From: a virus
Reading direction: 5' to 3' (one strand)
IMG/VR virus record: IMGVR_UViG_3300027777_000023
Span: 1-64,000 of that record
DNA length: 64,000 nt
Shown here: piece after piece, positions 36,989 to 46,521 of the stretch
Layout of the letters: each line of letters opens with the position of its first letter
Position numbering within the stretch: the first letter of the stretch is position 1
Made by a program: the position numbers and the translations under genes
Notes under the pieces: model-generated
The model's database searches: none
Told to the model about the DNA's origin: nothing
Seen by the model: only the letters and a program-made list of their open reading frames with translations

Positions 36989-38130
36989 ACAATCGTGAAA
37001 CTATAGGCAACAGCTTTTATGCAAAGCCTGGAGACTCACATTCAAAGAGACTAGAGTATGTATACAACCATATTCATGGCGTTCTTCCAACAATGCTTAG
37101 TTTTTCTGATGAGTTCGAGATGACTTGTCTGGCACCTATTGAGGAAAACTTTGAATTGTTCTGCTCTACACTAAATAAAGTGGGAGACAGGCTATTAGAG
37201 GAAGGTGTATGGATAGGTAAAGACGATACAATATACGAGGGTATTTTCCTGAACATAGCCTATAAAACCCAAGATGGGCATAGATTATTCTACGACAATA
37301 CCATAATCATGCACGGAGGACCGGTACTATCAGACAAGGAAAAGGCTCTACAAGACCTTACTGTGGGTGTGCGTGTGGCATGTCGTGATAAAGAGCATAC
37401 AAAGGTAATCATCGACTTGCTTGAGCAGCATAAGCTTAAAGATAAGGCAAAGATATATATGCTCGCCAACAGTTATGGTGACCTAGCATTCACTGCGCTA
37501 CCCATGCCTGAGGTTTCTATGAATCTTGAGTTAAACTATGGGGAAAGTTTCCCAGAGCTGCATGAGAAGATTGTGAATAGTCTGAATAACGATAAGTCTG
37601 GCTTGTACCTATTCCATGGCCCTCCAGGCACAGGCAAGTCCTCTTATGTGAAGCATCTGTTGTCTGGTGAGGTAAAAAGAAAGATTGCCTATATCCCTGT
37701 GGGTATGATTAATCAGTTGGTAAGCCCAGACATGATTCCTCTGCTTATGGAAAACAAGGATATTATTCTTGTGATTGAAGATGCCGAGAAAGCATTATTG
37801 TCCAGAGAGACATCTGAGAACTCAGACGTTGTATCCACGATTCTGAATCTCACAGACGGCTTCATCGGTAATGCACTAAACATCAGTGTCGTCGCTACCT
37901 TTAACGTAGAAAAGGAAAAGCTCGATGCTGCGTTGTTGCGTAAGGGTAGATTGCGGCATAGCTATGAGTTCAAAAAGCTCACGGTAGAACAATCCAAACG
38001 TCTGGCAGAGTCCATTGGTGCAGACAGCAGCAAAGTAACAGAAGACAGTACACTAGCAGACATCTACAATATGGAAGTAGATACAGGCTACGTTGCACCT
38101 GTAGTGCGTCGGGTGGGCTTTGGGGCCTAG
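36976..38130 (+). CDS. AAA+ ATPase
   Basis: Walker A 'GPPGTGKS', Walker B 'LVIEDAE', sensor 'ATFN', Arg finger 'ALLRKGRL'. Confidence 0.9.
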   Translation: MHKLNNRETIGNSFYAKPGDSHSKRLEYVYNHIHGVLPTMLSFSDEFEMTCLAPIEENFELFCSTLNKVGDRLLEEGVWIGKDDTIYEGIFLNIAYKTQDGHRLFYDNTIIMHGGPVLSDKEKALQDLTVGVRVACRDKEHTKVIIDLLEQHKLKDKAKIYMLANSYGDLAFTALPMPEVSMNLELNYGESFPELHEKIVNSLNNDKSGLYLFHGPPGTGKSSYVKHLLSGEVKRKIAYIPVGMINQLVSPDMIPLLMENKDIILVIEDAEKALLSRETSENSDVVSTILNLTDGFIGNALNISVVATFNVEKEKLDAALLRKGRLRHSYEFKKLTVEQSKRLAESIGADSSKVTEDSTLADIYNMEVDTGYVAPVVRRVGFGA

Positions 38131-39851
38131 CCGTTAAGGAACATATCGTTCGACGACGAGCTTGGGCCGGTGAGACCAGCATCCCCAATAGCCATATATG
38201 CCGCGCATAGTGAAAATACAAGGCTGTGCATAGCATCATCTGGCTGTTTGGGGTGATGGTCGTAGACTAGTTCTTGACCATACAGACCGTCCCGGACTTC
38301 GATAAATACGTTCATAATGTCTTGCATATAGTCAGACACATCATCCCATTGTGGGAATAGTATTTTGCCTGCTTTAAGCTGGCGAATAACTAGTGATATA
38401 ACGTCTGATCTGTGCAGCACCCAGCGGTTCTGTCTCCAGTCGTATTTGCCCGAGTCAAAATACTGCACAACCTTACTGCGTCTATAGGCAGCTAATTGAG
38501 ATCTCTGAGGACTTGTGAGTTCACATAGCTTGATTCCTCGTATAGGGTCAGGACCTGAGTCACTAACACAAAAGGCACCTACACCATTAGCCCGGTCAGC
38601 AATGTCTCTGATGTGTGCCTCATGATCAAACCCTCGATATACTTTAGCGAAAAAAACCTCAAATACTCCATCAGAACGAACTGCCCCCATGGTCGCAACT
38701 GTACGAGATTGTGCCATACTAACCCCCCAGTCGACCCCCATAGTATAAACACGATAATCGCTTTTATTTTTATTTAAAATAGTTAAGTTGTTTTCGTTAC
38801 CAGCCTCAAATTGTGGACCTAGCACGCAGAGCTTAAGTAGCTCCTCTTTCGCGATTGGTTTTGATCCTATATCATATGTGAGGCCGAAAGTTTCATTCAT
38901 GATCACGCGCATCTCGTTTTTACCGCTATGCACCTTTTCATAGATTTCCTTCCATTCTTTGGGGTCTTCGTTGAAATGAGGCAACAAGGGTTGAGCAAGA
39001 TGATAGCCAGTTAACAAAGAATTGCTAGGATTCATACTCACCCATTCACCATCTCTAGAACTTATAATCTTACTACACTTACTGCAACTAAACCCGTGAG
39101 GCTGAATCATCTTTAATGGATCATTACCTTCCGTTAAAGAATTCCAATGATTGCATCCTGTGCACTTCATCATCCATTCAAGTTGATTGCTTGAGTTCCA
39201 TATTCTCTGAATTGTATTTGTAGAATCCAGTGGGGTTCCTGCAAATATTTCTCGTTTGTATGGACTCATCGCCATCGTTTCTTGAATGATCGGTATTTGA
39301 TCATATTCAATGTTTTGAATTTCGTCGTACACGACCTCATCAATAGCCGGACCACGAGTTCTTGTAGCATCATCACTTACATATCTAAACAACACACTAC
39401 TATGCGTATCATCCAAAATCTTTTCAAACACATCATTTTTAAACCATCCTTTTACCAACAAATTTTTAATCTTTGGGCTCTCAAACCTGGGAGGAATATA
39501 ATTACTTGAGAAATACTTAGTAGTTAGCTCCTGGGGCCCGACGTACATCATTTTAAAATAATTCCATCTAATCAAATTAAGACAAATAATGTTACTAATC
39601 AGTGTACTCTTTAGAGTTTTACGACTGCATTTAAGTAACAACTTCTGAGGCATATTATCATAAATATGCTTTAGCATCGGGAAAGCATCCAATTTTTGCA
39701 GCCGCCCTTCATTATCATACAAGTAGTTCTCGACAAAATGAGAGGGAGGCAGTACCGAGAAAATAAGCTGTCGAGCAAGAAACGCAGACTTCGGATTATT
39801 TTTCCGAAGCAGTTTCTCAATAGTGTCTGTAATTTTATTATGGGTAGTCAT
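38127..39851 (-). CDS. terL: Terminase large subunit (GpA-like)
   Basis: Walker A-like 'SRKTLKST', Walker B 'VVYDE', 'AGTP', Zn motifs CTGC and CSKC, nuclease 'MGVDWG' ... 'PDDAMHS'. Start taken at MTTHNK. Confidence 0.8.
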   Translation of the reverse strand: MTTHNKITDTIEKLLRKNNPKSAFLARQLIFSVLPPSHFVENYLYDNEGRLQKLDAFPMLKHIYDNMPQKLLLKCSRKTLKSTLISNIICLNLIRWNYFKMMYVGPQELTTKYFSSNYIPPRFESPKIKNLLVKGWFKNDVFEKILDDTHSSVLFRYVSDDATRTRGPAIDEVVYDEIQNIEYDQIPIIQETMAMSPYKREIFAGTPLDSTNTIQRIWNSSNQLEWMMKCTGCNHWNSLTEGNDPLKMIQPHGFSCSKCSKIISSRDGEWVSMNPSNSLLTGYHLAQPLLPHFNEDPKEWKEIYEKVHSGKNEMRVIMNETFGLTYDIGSKPIAKEELLKLCVLGPQFEAGNENNLTILNKNKSDYRVYTMGVDWGVSMAQSRTVATMGAVRSDGVFEVFFAKVYRGFDHEAHIRDIADRANGVGAFCVSDSGPDPIRGIKLCELTSPQRSQLAAYRRSKVVQYFDSGKYDWRQNRWVLHRSDVISLVIRQLKAGKILFPQWDDVSDYMQDIMNVFIEVRDGLYGQELVYDHHPKQPDDAMHSLVFSLCAAYMAIGDAGLTGPSSSSNDMFLNG

Positions 39852-40013
39852 TATCGCAACAGGAAAAAAAATAACAAAGAAATCAACCAAACCGCGCCGA
39901 ATGCGCTGTTCGACTTTTTCGCAGGCTCACTAGATGCTCTAGCCAGTATCTTTTATAGTGGAGATAACAGCAAGATAAAAAAGCATTATAGGGTCTACAA
40001 GCCGAAACGTTAG

Positions 40014-40022
40014 TGCTATAAT
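40014..40022 (+). promoter_or_regulatory. Extended -10 promoter TGCTATAAT
   Basis: Exact TGn-TATAAT, 9 nt before ATG 40032. Confidence 0.6.
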
Positions 40023-40031
40023 GGTCCTATC

Positions 40032-40214
40032 ATGAGTAAGACCATTCGCAAATATCAAGTTAGAGATAAAAGCAAACGCTACGAACGCGTCGAAAAAGTT
40101 GAATTCGAGGGCCGGTATTACACCGATGTAGCAAAATCACATGACAGGAAAATTAGAAAAAAGGGGCTTGAAAACAGCCGTACCGAGGACGAAGCAGAGT
40201 ACCCTGAAGACTAG
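40032..40214 (+). CDS. Small charged hypothetical protein
   Basis: 60 aa, directly after the promoter. Confidence 0.5.
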   Translation: MSKTIRKYQVRDKSKRYERVEKVEFEGRYYTDVAKSHDRKIRKKGLENSRTEDEAEYPED

Positions 40215-40629
40215 CATTCAGCAGATTAAAAGTAGGGGCCGGCCAAAGGGAGCAAAAAACAAACCTAAGTCGCCCGCAGCTCCAGCAGCCGCCATTGTGA
40301 TCAAGCACAGAGGCAGACCAAAAGGAGCTAAGAACAAACCTAAAGCGGCTAGGACTGAAAAAAGTCCGCAAGCAAAAAAGCCGGAGGAGGTAAAACCGCC
40401 ACCTCCAGCAGAGCACGTATTGCTTACTGCAGTACGCTGGATAGAAAAGAATATGCACCCGTCTCAGGTGCAATATTACAGAGCCAGAGCAAGCAGAGCT
40501 GGCATAACGATACATCACTCGATGATATCAGACATTCTGGGCTTCTTTAACGTCCAAGAATGCGAACTATCAAAGCAGATCAAGAAAAATAACTTCATAG
40601 CATCCACACAAAATCATGAACTTCATTAA
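40141..40629 (+). CDS. AT-hook DNA-binding protein
   Basis: Two copies of 'RGRPKGAKNKPK'; start uncertain (ATG 40141 or TTG 40168). Confidence 0.65.
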   Translation: MTGKLEKRGLKTAVPRTKQSTLKTSIQQIKSRGRPKGAKNKPKSPAAPAAAIVIKHRGRPKGAKNKPKAARTEKSPQAKKPEEVKPPPPAEHVLLTAVRWIEKNMHPSQVQYYRARASRAGITIHHSMISDILGFFNVQECELSKQIKKNNFIASTQNHELH

Positions 40630-43293
40630 TAAACTAGCAAACTATCACAAAGCCTCATATCCTGGTCTTTTCGTTCTTACCCACGAAGAAAGCCGACTCA
40701 CTCAAGAGGTCACAAGTATGGTATCCACGCACCCACGAGTCTCTGTGCATGTTTGGGACGCTCAACGAGGCTTGCAGCATCATGCAGGGGTTAACGACAC
40801 TCCACACCCAGCAAGCACAGCAACCTCCACAGATCTATTAGAGTATCTGTCCAGGTATCGACAAGAGAACAACATCTTTATTCTAAAAGATTTTCATCTT
40901 CACTTTGACAAGGTGATCAATATCCGACTTCTCAGGAATGCTTGGAATTGGTTGAAAAGTTTGAATAATATGGTTGTGTTTGTAGGGCATAAATTCAATG
41001 TGCCTGGGGAGCTAATAAAGGAGATTCAATTACTAGACTATAGCCTACCTGACTCCGAAGCTGTTCGTGAGCGCTTGGACTATATTGTAGGTTCTGTTAA
41101 TGGTGGCCGCGCTGCCGCAGAAAAGCCTGAATTACTATTAACTGAGAGCGTTGCGGAAGCGGCTGTAGAGGCTGCAAAAGGCATGACTCACTGCGAGGTT
41201 GAGAACGCTTTCTCGCTAGGCATCATCACTGCTAAAGAATTCAATCAAGAGTTCGTGAATGCAGTGTTCCAGGAAAAGATCGCTCAACTTAAAAAAGGCG
41301 GACTGCTTACATATATGGAGCCTAACGTATCGTTTGATAATGTTGGCGGTATGCAAGGATTGAAGAAGTGGCTCACGGCCCGTAAAGATGGTTATTCCAA
41401 AGAAGCTAGGGAATATAATCTACCAATGCCTAAAGGTATGCTGTTGGCAAGTGTTCCTGGTACCGGTAATATTTTGTTGTAATTTGCAAAAGCTAAGCTA
41501 TACTTAGGTATGGCTAAAAGAATATCCAATATAGAAGAACTTAAGAAAGACTATTTAGCAGGCAATTCATTAACCAAGCTGCAAGATAAGTACGGGTTTG
41601 AAAGGCATGCATTGGCAAGAGCGCTCAAGGCATCCGGAATAACTATTGTACAGAATAATCAAAAGCATGACTATAACAGCGAGCTTTTTAATGAGATCCG
41701 AAGCGAAGCAAGTGCTTACTGGTTAGGTTTTCTATATGCCGACGGCTCCCTAGACTTAAAAAAACCTCAAGTAGAGTTATCTTTAAAGTCTACAGACATT
41801 GCACATATGGTAAAACTGAGGGATTTAGTATGTACGACTTTACCTATAGCATATAAAGAAATTAAAACTAAAGGTAAAGTATATCAAGCTGTACGGATTA
41901 GCTTATCGAATCAGTGCATATACTCACAGCTAATTGCCTTAGGTTGTCCTCCTAGAAAATCATTGACGCTATCGTTCCCAACAAAAGAACAAGTGCCACA
42001 CAACCTACACAACCATTTTATCCGTGGTTATTTTGACGGTGATGGTAGTGTAGGTGTATATACCTATAATGATAAAGAACCTCAAATTCGTTGTAGTTTT
42101 GAAGGAACTGAAGCTATGCTAAGAGGTATACAGGCAGTGTTTTGCGACAACATTTCAAATTACACTGCGGTGGGTGTTTCGCAAAGGGCGAAGCAAAAAT
42201 CTTGTGTTCTTCAGAAGGGGGGAAACGCTAGTGTTGAAGGATTATATGACTATATGTATAAAGACGCGACCGTCTTTCTTGAGAGAAAAAAGGATATTTT
42301 TGATGGCTTTTATAAAAAAACAATTTGCCGCGCAATAGAGCAATCTGTTGCTGATAATTGAGGAAAAAATCTGGAAGGCTGAAATGCTAATCAGAGGTGA
42401 AGGTGTAGCAAAGCTGCACCAGCCGCAACGCATAGGAAGTGAAAAGATATAATCTTCCCAAGAGGCCTCAACATCCCAAGTGGATGAAAAGATATGCTGA
42501 GCTATATCGAATAGTAAGATATAGAACTATGGGATAAAAAGCCCATAGGATAACAATACTGAAAAGCCTTATTTGTAAAGCAATCGCAAAGGAATTTGAT
42601 TGTCCTTTGTTTGCATTGGATATCGGTAGTATGTTTGACTCACTGGTAGGTAACAGCGAGAAGAATATGCGTGAGATGATCAAGACGGTTGAGAGTATTG
42701 GTAAGTGTGTCATTTTGATCGATGAAATTGAGAAGTCGTTGAGTAACAACGCAGTAAGCGGTGGCGGAGACTCAGGCGTAAGCTCAAGGATCTTTGGCAC
42801 TTTTCTTACTTGGCTAAATGACCGCAAGAATCCAGCATTCATTGTAGCAACCACAAACAATCACACACTATTGCCTCCAGCGTTGATTCGTAAGGGGCGC
42901 TTCGACCAGCTGTTCTGGGTAGACCTTCCTACAGCCGAAGAGCGTCGAGAGATCTTTAATGTGGTGATCAAAAAGTATGGGCGCGATCCATTGAACTTCA
43001 GCCTGAAGACACTTGTTAACGGAGCTGAAAACTTCACTGGTGCAGAAATCGAAGAAGTGTTCAAGGATGCCTTGTACAAGGCGTTTGATAACAAAGAAGA
43101 AGTAACAGACAGTCATGTCATGGAAGTATTAGCGGAATTTATTCCGTTTGCAGTGAGCCATGAAGAAGACCTAAAAATGATGCGTAAACAGGCACAAGGT
43201 AAGCTTGTGATGGTTACGAGTAAAGGAGATCCTGTGGCGGATGTCCAGAAAACAATGCGCAAGCTAAGTATTGCAATTGGTAACGAAGAATAA
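40616..43293 (+). CDS. Ycf46-like AAA ATPase, 527 aa after splicing (exons 40616-41467 and 42562-43293)
   Basis: Joining the exons restores 'SVPGTG|KSLICKAIAKEFDCPLFALDIG'; Walker B 'ILIDEIEK'; SRH 'TTN...RKGRFD'; degenerate N-terminal AAA 'IFILKDFH'. Confidence 0.9.
41468..42561 (+). mobile_element. Group I intron (1094 nt) in the Walker A motif
   Basis: Exon 1 ends in U (GGT) and the intron ends in G; P1 CGGU|AA pairs with TTGCCG at 42325-42330; P7 A(C)GCATA/TATGCT. Confidence 0.92.
41510..42361 (+). CDS. Double-motif LAGLIDADG homing endonuclease (intron-encoded)
   Basis: 'YWLGFLYADGSL' and 'FIRGYFDGDGSV'; N-terminal HTH-like segment. Confidence 0.92.
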   Translation: MAKRISNIEELKKDYLAGNSLTKLQDKYGFERHALARALKASGITIVQNNQKHDYNSELFNEIRSEASAYWLGFLYADGSLDLKKPQVELSLKSTDIAHMVKLRDLVCTTLPIAYKEIKTKGKVYQAVRISLSNQCIYSQLIALGCPPRKSLTLSFPTKEQVPHNLHNHFIRGYFDGDGSVGVYTYNDKEPQIRCSFEGTEAMLRGIQAVFCDNISNYTAVGVSQRAKQKSCVLQKGGNASVEGLYDYMYKDATVFLERKKDIFDGFYKKTICRAIEQSVADN

Positions 43294-43294
43294 T

Positions 43295-44299
43295 ATGAGT
43301 AACGAGTACAAAATTACGGAAACCCTCCAAAACTACTATGACAAAGTATTTCAGGACGGAAGACTTACACTAATTCACATCGGCATGTGGGGAATGAGTT
43401 ACAACCTCACCGAAGAGGACATCAAGCTTGACAAGCAACTACCCGAGACGATCAAGCTCGGGAAGAAAATGCTAATCAAGCCAGCAGTATACAACAAGTT
43501 CAAGACCTTTGAGCAAAAGGCTAGGAAGTATCTATACAGCAATTCGTTTGATTTTCCTCTAGTCAACCAGGCGCACTTTGTGCCGAAGACAAAGTATATC
43601 GAGGTGTTCACTAAATTGACTGAGATGAAGGCAGAGTACACGCAGATGGTGGACGAGTTTATTGAAAAATATGAAGACTATAAAGCTGAGGCTCTTGAGT
43701 ACTACAAAGGACACACAGACACTGTCAATATTGAGAATCTTGAAAGCTACTATCCCAGTGTAGCAAATCTCAAGAAGAAGTTTCATTTTGATATTGTGTC
43801 CTTTGAGATTGCCCTGCCGTCAGAGTTTAAAGAAATTGATCTGCAGGGTGAGATCGATCGTGAACAAGCTGTGGCTGTGGTGAAACAAGAAGCATTGACT
43901 GCGCACAAGGAAGAGTACAAGAAGCAGCTCGATACACACATGAGCAAGATTCATGACTTTGTGGGCGAGGTGACAAACACGCTTCGCTCTAAAGTTGTAG
44001 AGCACTGCTCGGTAGCCTTGAATAAGATCAACAAGCGTGAGGTAGTGTCTGAAACCAACATTAAGACATTGCTAAAGCAAATTCAAGAGTTCAGAGATAT
44101 GAACTTTGTGGATGACAAAGCTATCGAAACAGAACTAGCTAAAGTCGAGAAAATGCTCAACGGTGAACATAATTTCGACAAAGACAAGGATGCGTTGGGA
44201 CTGCTCCGGCAGCACCTATCATCTGTAGTTGATCAGGCTAAGAGCCTCTCCGACGTAGCAAACGTATCTGGAGAATATTTCCGTAAACTAGAAATCTAA
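43295..44299 (+). CDS. DUF3150-like coiled-coil protein
   Basis: 'IHIGMWG...LGKKMLI...KARKYL...SFDFP...FVP' and the long helical body resemble DUF3150; start reassigned to ATG 43295. Confidence 0.55.
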   Translation: MSNEYKITETLQNYYDKVFQDGRLTLIHIGMWGMSYNLTEEDIKLDKQLPETIKLGKKMLIKPAVYNKFKTFEQKARKYLYSNSFDFPLVNQAHFVPKTKYIEVFTKLTEMKAEYTQMVDEFIEKYEDYKAEALEYYKGHTDTVNIENLESYYPSVANLKKKFHFDIVSFEIALPSEFKEIDLQGEIDREQAVAVVKQEALTAHKEEYKKQLDTHMSKIHDFVGEVTNTLRSKVVEHCSVALNKINKREVVSETNIKTLLKQIQEFRDMNFVDDKAIETELAKVEKMLNGEHNFDKDKDALGLLRQHLSSVVDQAKSLSDVANVSGEYFRKLEI

Positions 44300-44605
44300 A
44301 TGTACAACAACGACGAAGAAGACAGTCTACTTGCAGAGCCTCCACGCTATGACACACTCTCTGTAAAATTCAGAGGAGACAGCTATGAAATCGTATTGCC
44401 ATACATCGAGGTGGCAAACGGCGACATTGTTCACATATCTGAGACAGAAATTGAAATCATGCTGATAAAAGATAACGTGCAAGACGTAACCAAGATGACC
44501 TACAATGACTTTGCAAAGCTTGTGGAGACTACGTTCGACACAAAAGAAGTAGTCGAACTCAAACTTCAGCTTGCAGGCACCTACGACAAAATAACAATAC
44601 TATGA
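44300..44605 (+). CDS. Small acidic hypothetical protein
   Basis: 101 aa, contiguous in the operon. Confidence 0.5.
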   Translation: MYNNDEEDSLLAEPPRYDTLSVKFRGDSYEIVLPYIEVANGDIVHISETEIEIMLIKDNVQDVTKMTYNDFAKLVETTFDTKEVVELKLQLAGTYDKITIL

Positions 44606-44988
44606 GTCACGCAGTAAATATCAAAACAGCGTTCACTAACATCTCAAATCTACTAGCCCAGTTCGAGCAGCGTGGTTGGAAGATTGTAGAGAATGAGAAA
44701 TGCAATACGTATCCTAGTGATCCTCGACGAAATGAGGTGCACCAGTACGTAGCTAAAAATCCAACGCCTGGAGGTTATGATGTCGGTGTCAATGTTGACT
44801 CTGACGGGACGACCTACTTTGTTTGCGATTTCTTTGATCGCAGCATCGGACAGCAGCTTGGTAGTAATCTAAAAGACATCAAGCAAGGGTATGCTCTAAG
44901 CGAGCTGCAAAAACAGCTAAAGTATGAGGACTTATCTTATAAAGTCTCAGAACTAGCGTCAGGTGAATTAGTGGTAGTAGCGGAATAA
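44602..44988 (+). CDS. DUF1257 (Ycf35-like) protein
   Basis: 'MSHAVNIKTAF', 'YDVGV...YFVCDF...LKQGYA' layout. Confidence 0.7.
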   Translation: MSHAVNIKTAFTNISNLLAQFEQRGWKIVENEKCNTYPSDPRRNEVHQYVAKNPTPGGYDVGVNVDSDGTTYFVCDFFDRSIGQQLGSNLKDIKQGYALSELQKQLKYEDLSYKVSELASGELVVVAE

Positions 44989-44992
44989 TAAT

Positions 44993-45283
44993 ATGGCAAT
45001 CTTACTTAACAAAGACTTCGATGGTCTCAAATCAAAATTGGCTCGTTCGATTAAAGAAACATTAGCGCGAGACTGTGAAACGCCGTCAGGTGAAAAACCT
45101 ATGCGATGGGAAATGCACATCCCATATCATCAGATCGTGCCTTCTGAAGAAGACAATAATACAGCTACCGCGGTGGTAACATACATTGTGCAGTGTCCTA
45201 GAGAGAAATCACACACAGTGCGTATCAAATTCGCATACGACAGCACAGGACGCTTCTTGAAAGAATCAATGCTATATGTCTAA
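44993..45283 (+). CDS. Hypothetical protein
   Basis: 96 aa, contiguous in the operon. Confidence 0.5.
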   Translation: MAILLNKDFDGLKSKLARSIKETLARDCETPSGEKPMRWEMHIPYHQIVPSEEDNNTATAVVTYIVQCPREKSHTVRIKFAYDSTGRFLKESMLYV

Positions 45284-45476
45284 GAAAATGACGTTTAAAA
45301 TCGACAAGGAAGGAAATGTACTTGTTGAAAAAGTTGAAGGCTACGGTTCCTCGTGTTTGGAAGTTACAAGGAACCTTGAACGGGCTCTGGGTAATGCTGA
45401 CGAAAGCACTAGAGTACTCACAGACGAGATCAACAAACCAGTTGAGCTCGACAATAGAGAACGGTCAACTCACTAA
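45276..45476 (+). CDS. DUF2997 protein
   Basis: 'FKIDKEGNVLVEKVEGYGSSCLEVTRNLERALG' pattern. Confidence 0.75.
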   Translation: MSKKMTFKIDKEGNVLVEKVEGYGSSCLEVTRNLERALGNADESTRVLTDEINKPVELDNRERSTH

Positions 45477-45482
45477 AATAAA

Positions 45483-45746
45483 ATGGCATCTGTAATATAC
45501 ATCAGCAAAGAAGGAAATATTAGCGGTCTTGCAGACAATCTGCTAGACAAGCTTACGTCACTAGGGCCTAAGAAAGTTCAGCGTGTTTCACATGTTGACT
45601 TCGATGAAGGCCTGCAATGTTGGGTAGCTACAGATCTCGAGGGCAATGTGATCGCAGCTAACTCAATTCGCAGTAAAGTAATCGAAGCCGAGCGTGAATA
45701 TCTTAACAAGAAGATAGAGGCAGAGTTTGCAACGAAGCCAGTATAA
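45483..45746 (+). CDS. Small protein of the family often found next to DUF2997/DUF1257
   Basis: 'IYISKEG...LG..KVQRVSHVDFD...W.A.D...RS..I.AE..YL'. Confidence 0.5.
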   Translation: MASVIYISKEGNISGLADNLLDKLTSLGPKKVQRVSHVDFDEGLQCWVATDLEGNVIAANSIRSKVIEAEREYLNKKIEAEFATKPV

Positions 45747-45750
45747 AGAC

Positions 45751-46110
45751 ATGAAAATTACACTAGCAACACTACAGGAAGCCTCAGCGCAAGAGGTATT
45801 TGACCAGGTGGTAACCCATCTACTAGAGCAGAAAAAGAAGGCCGTAGACGGTAACGATGTGTGCTCATACCGGGCAGATGGGGGATTAAAGTGTGCAGCG
45901 GGCTGTTTGATTGCAGATGCGGAGTACCTAGAAGAGTTTGAAGGTCGGGCCTGGCACGGACTGGTAGATACAGCCAGAGTTCCAGCCACACACAAGCTAC
46001 TCGTAGGCGACTTGCAATATCTTCACGACCACACAAAGCCTGAGACATGGCAAGCTGGACTGGAGAAACTGGCTAAATTGCATACGTTGAGTATGCCTGC
46101 GGTGAATTAA
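45751..46110 (+). CDS. Hypothetical protein, paralog A1
   Basis: 'QEVFDQV...CSYRADGGLKCAAGCLI'; paralog at 48274. Confidence 0.6.
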   Translation: MKITLATLQEASAQEVFDQVVTHLLEQKKKAVDGNDVCSYRADGGLKCAAGCLIADAEYLEEFEGRAWHGLVDTARVPATHKLLVGDLQYLHDHTKPETWQAGLEKLAKLHTLSMPAVN

Positions 46111-46124
46111 GCATCACATACTAC

Positions 46125-46160
46125 AGGGTGCCCACTAGTAATTTGGTGGGCACCCTTTTT
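46125..46160 (+). terminator. Intrinsic terminator
   Basis: 13-bp stem AGGGTGCCCACTA/TGGTGGGCACCCT plus T run. Confidence 0.85.
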
Positions 46161-46164
46161 ATTT

Positions 46165-46521
46165 ATGATCAGAGCAAATCTAGAGATTTTACATCATCAA
46201 GATCAGGATAAGGTTTATATCGTCGAAATTCTGGAAGACGAAGGCATGTTTCATGTGTACGCCCACTATGGACGCAGAGCACAAGAAGTGCTTACTCGGC
46301 GACACAGAATGAAGACAGAGCACATCGAGTTTGCAGAGACGATGTTTGAGGCTATTGTGGCCGGAAAATGCAAGGACGGCTATGGTTTCCCTGATGACGG
46401 CGACAACATCGACATACCTGCATTGGCTAGTATTTTTGCAAGTACTGCACCAAAACCCAAGAAGAAGGAAAAGGCTGCGCCTTGCGCGCTCGCCGAACAA
46501 CCTAGAAAGTTGGACATATGA
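46165..46521 (+). CDS. WGR-domain protein
   Basis: 'DKVYIVEI...FHVYAHYGR' ... 'K.K.GY' matches the WGR layout (W replaced by Y). Confidence 0.65.
   Translation: MIRANLEILHHQDQDKVYIVEILEDEGMFHVYAHYGRRAQEVLTRRHRMKTEHIEFAETMFEAIVAGKCKDGYGFPDDGDNIDIPALASIFASTAPKPKKKEKAAPCALAEQPRKLDI

Noticed and set aside
40157-40163. A_AAA_AAG -1 frameshift linking the 60-aa ORF to the AT-hook ORF
   Set aside because: The AT-hook ORF is in the +1 frame; a -1 shift reaches TGA at 40169.
41468-41482. 288-aa and 228-aa ORFs as two separate ATPase genes or a pseudogene
   Set aside because: Explained exactly by group I splicing, which restores Walker A in frame.
31740-41504. TTGC(C/A)A-N9-TATA(A/C)T short-spacer promoter motif at 31740 and 41484
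   Set aside because: Only two instances in AT-rich DNA; not distinguishable from chance without the full genome.
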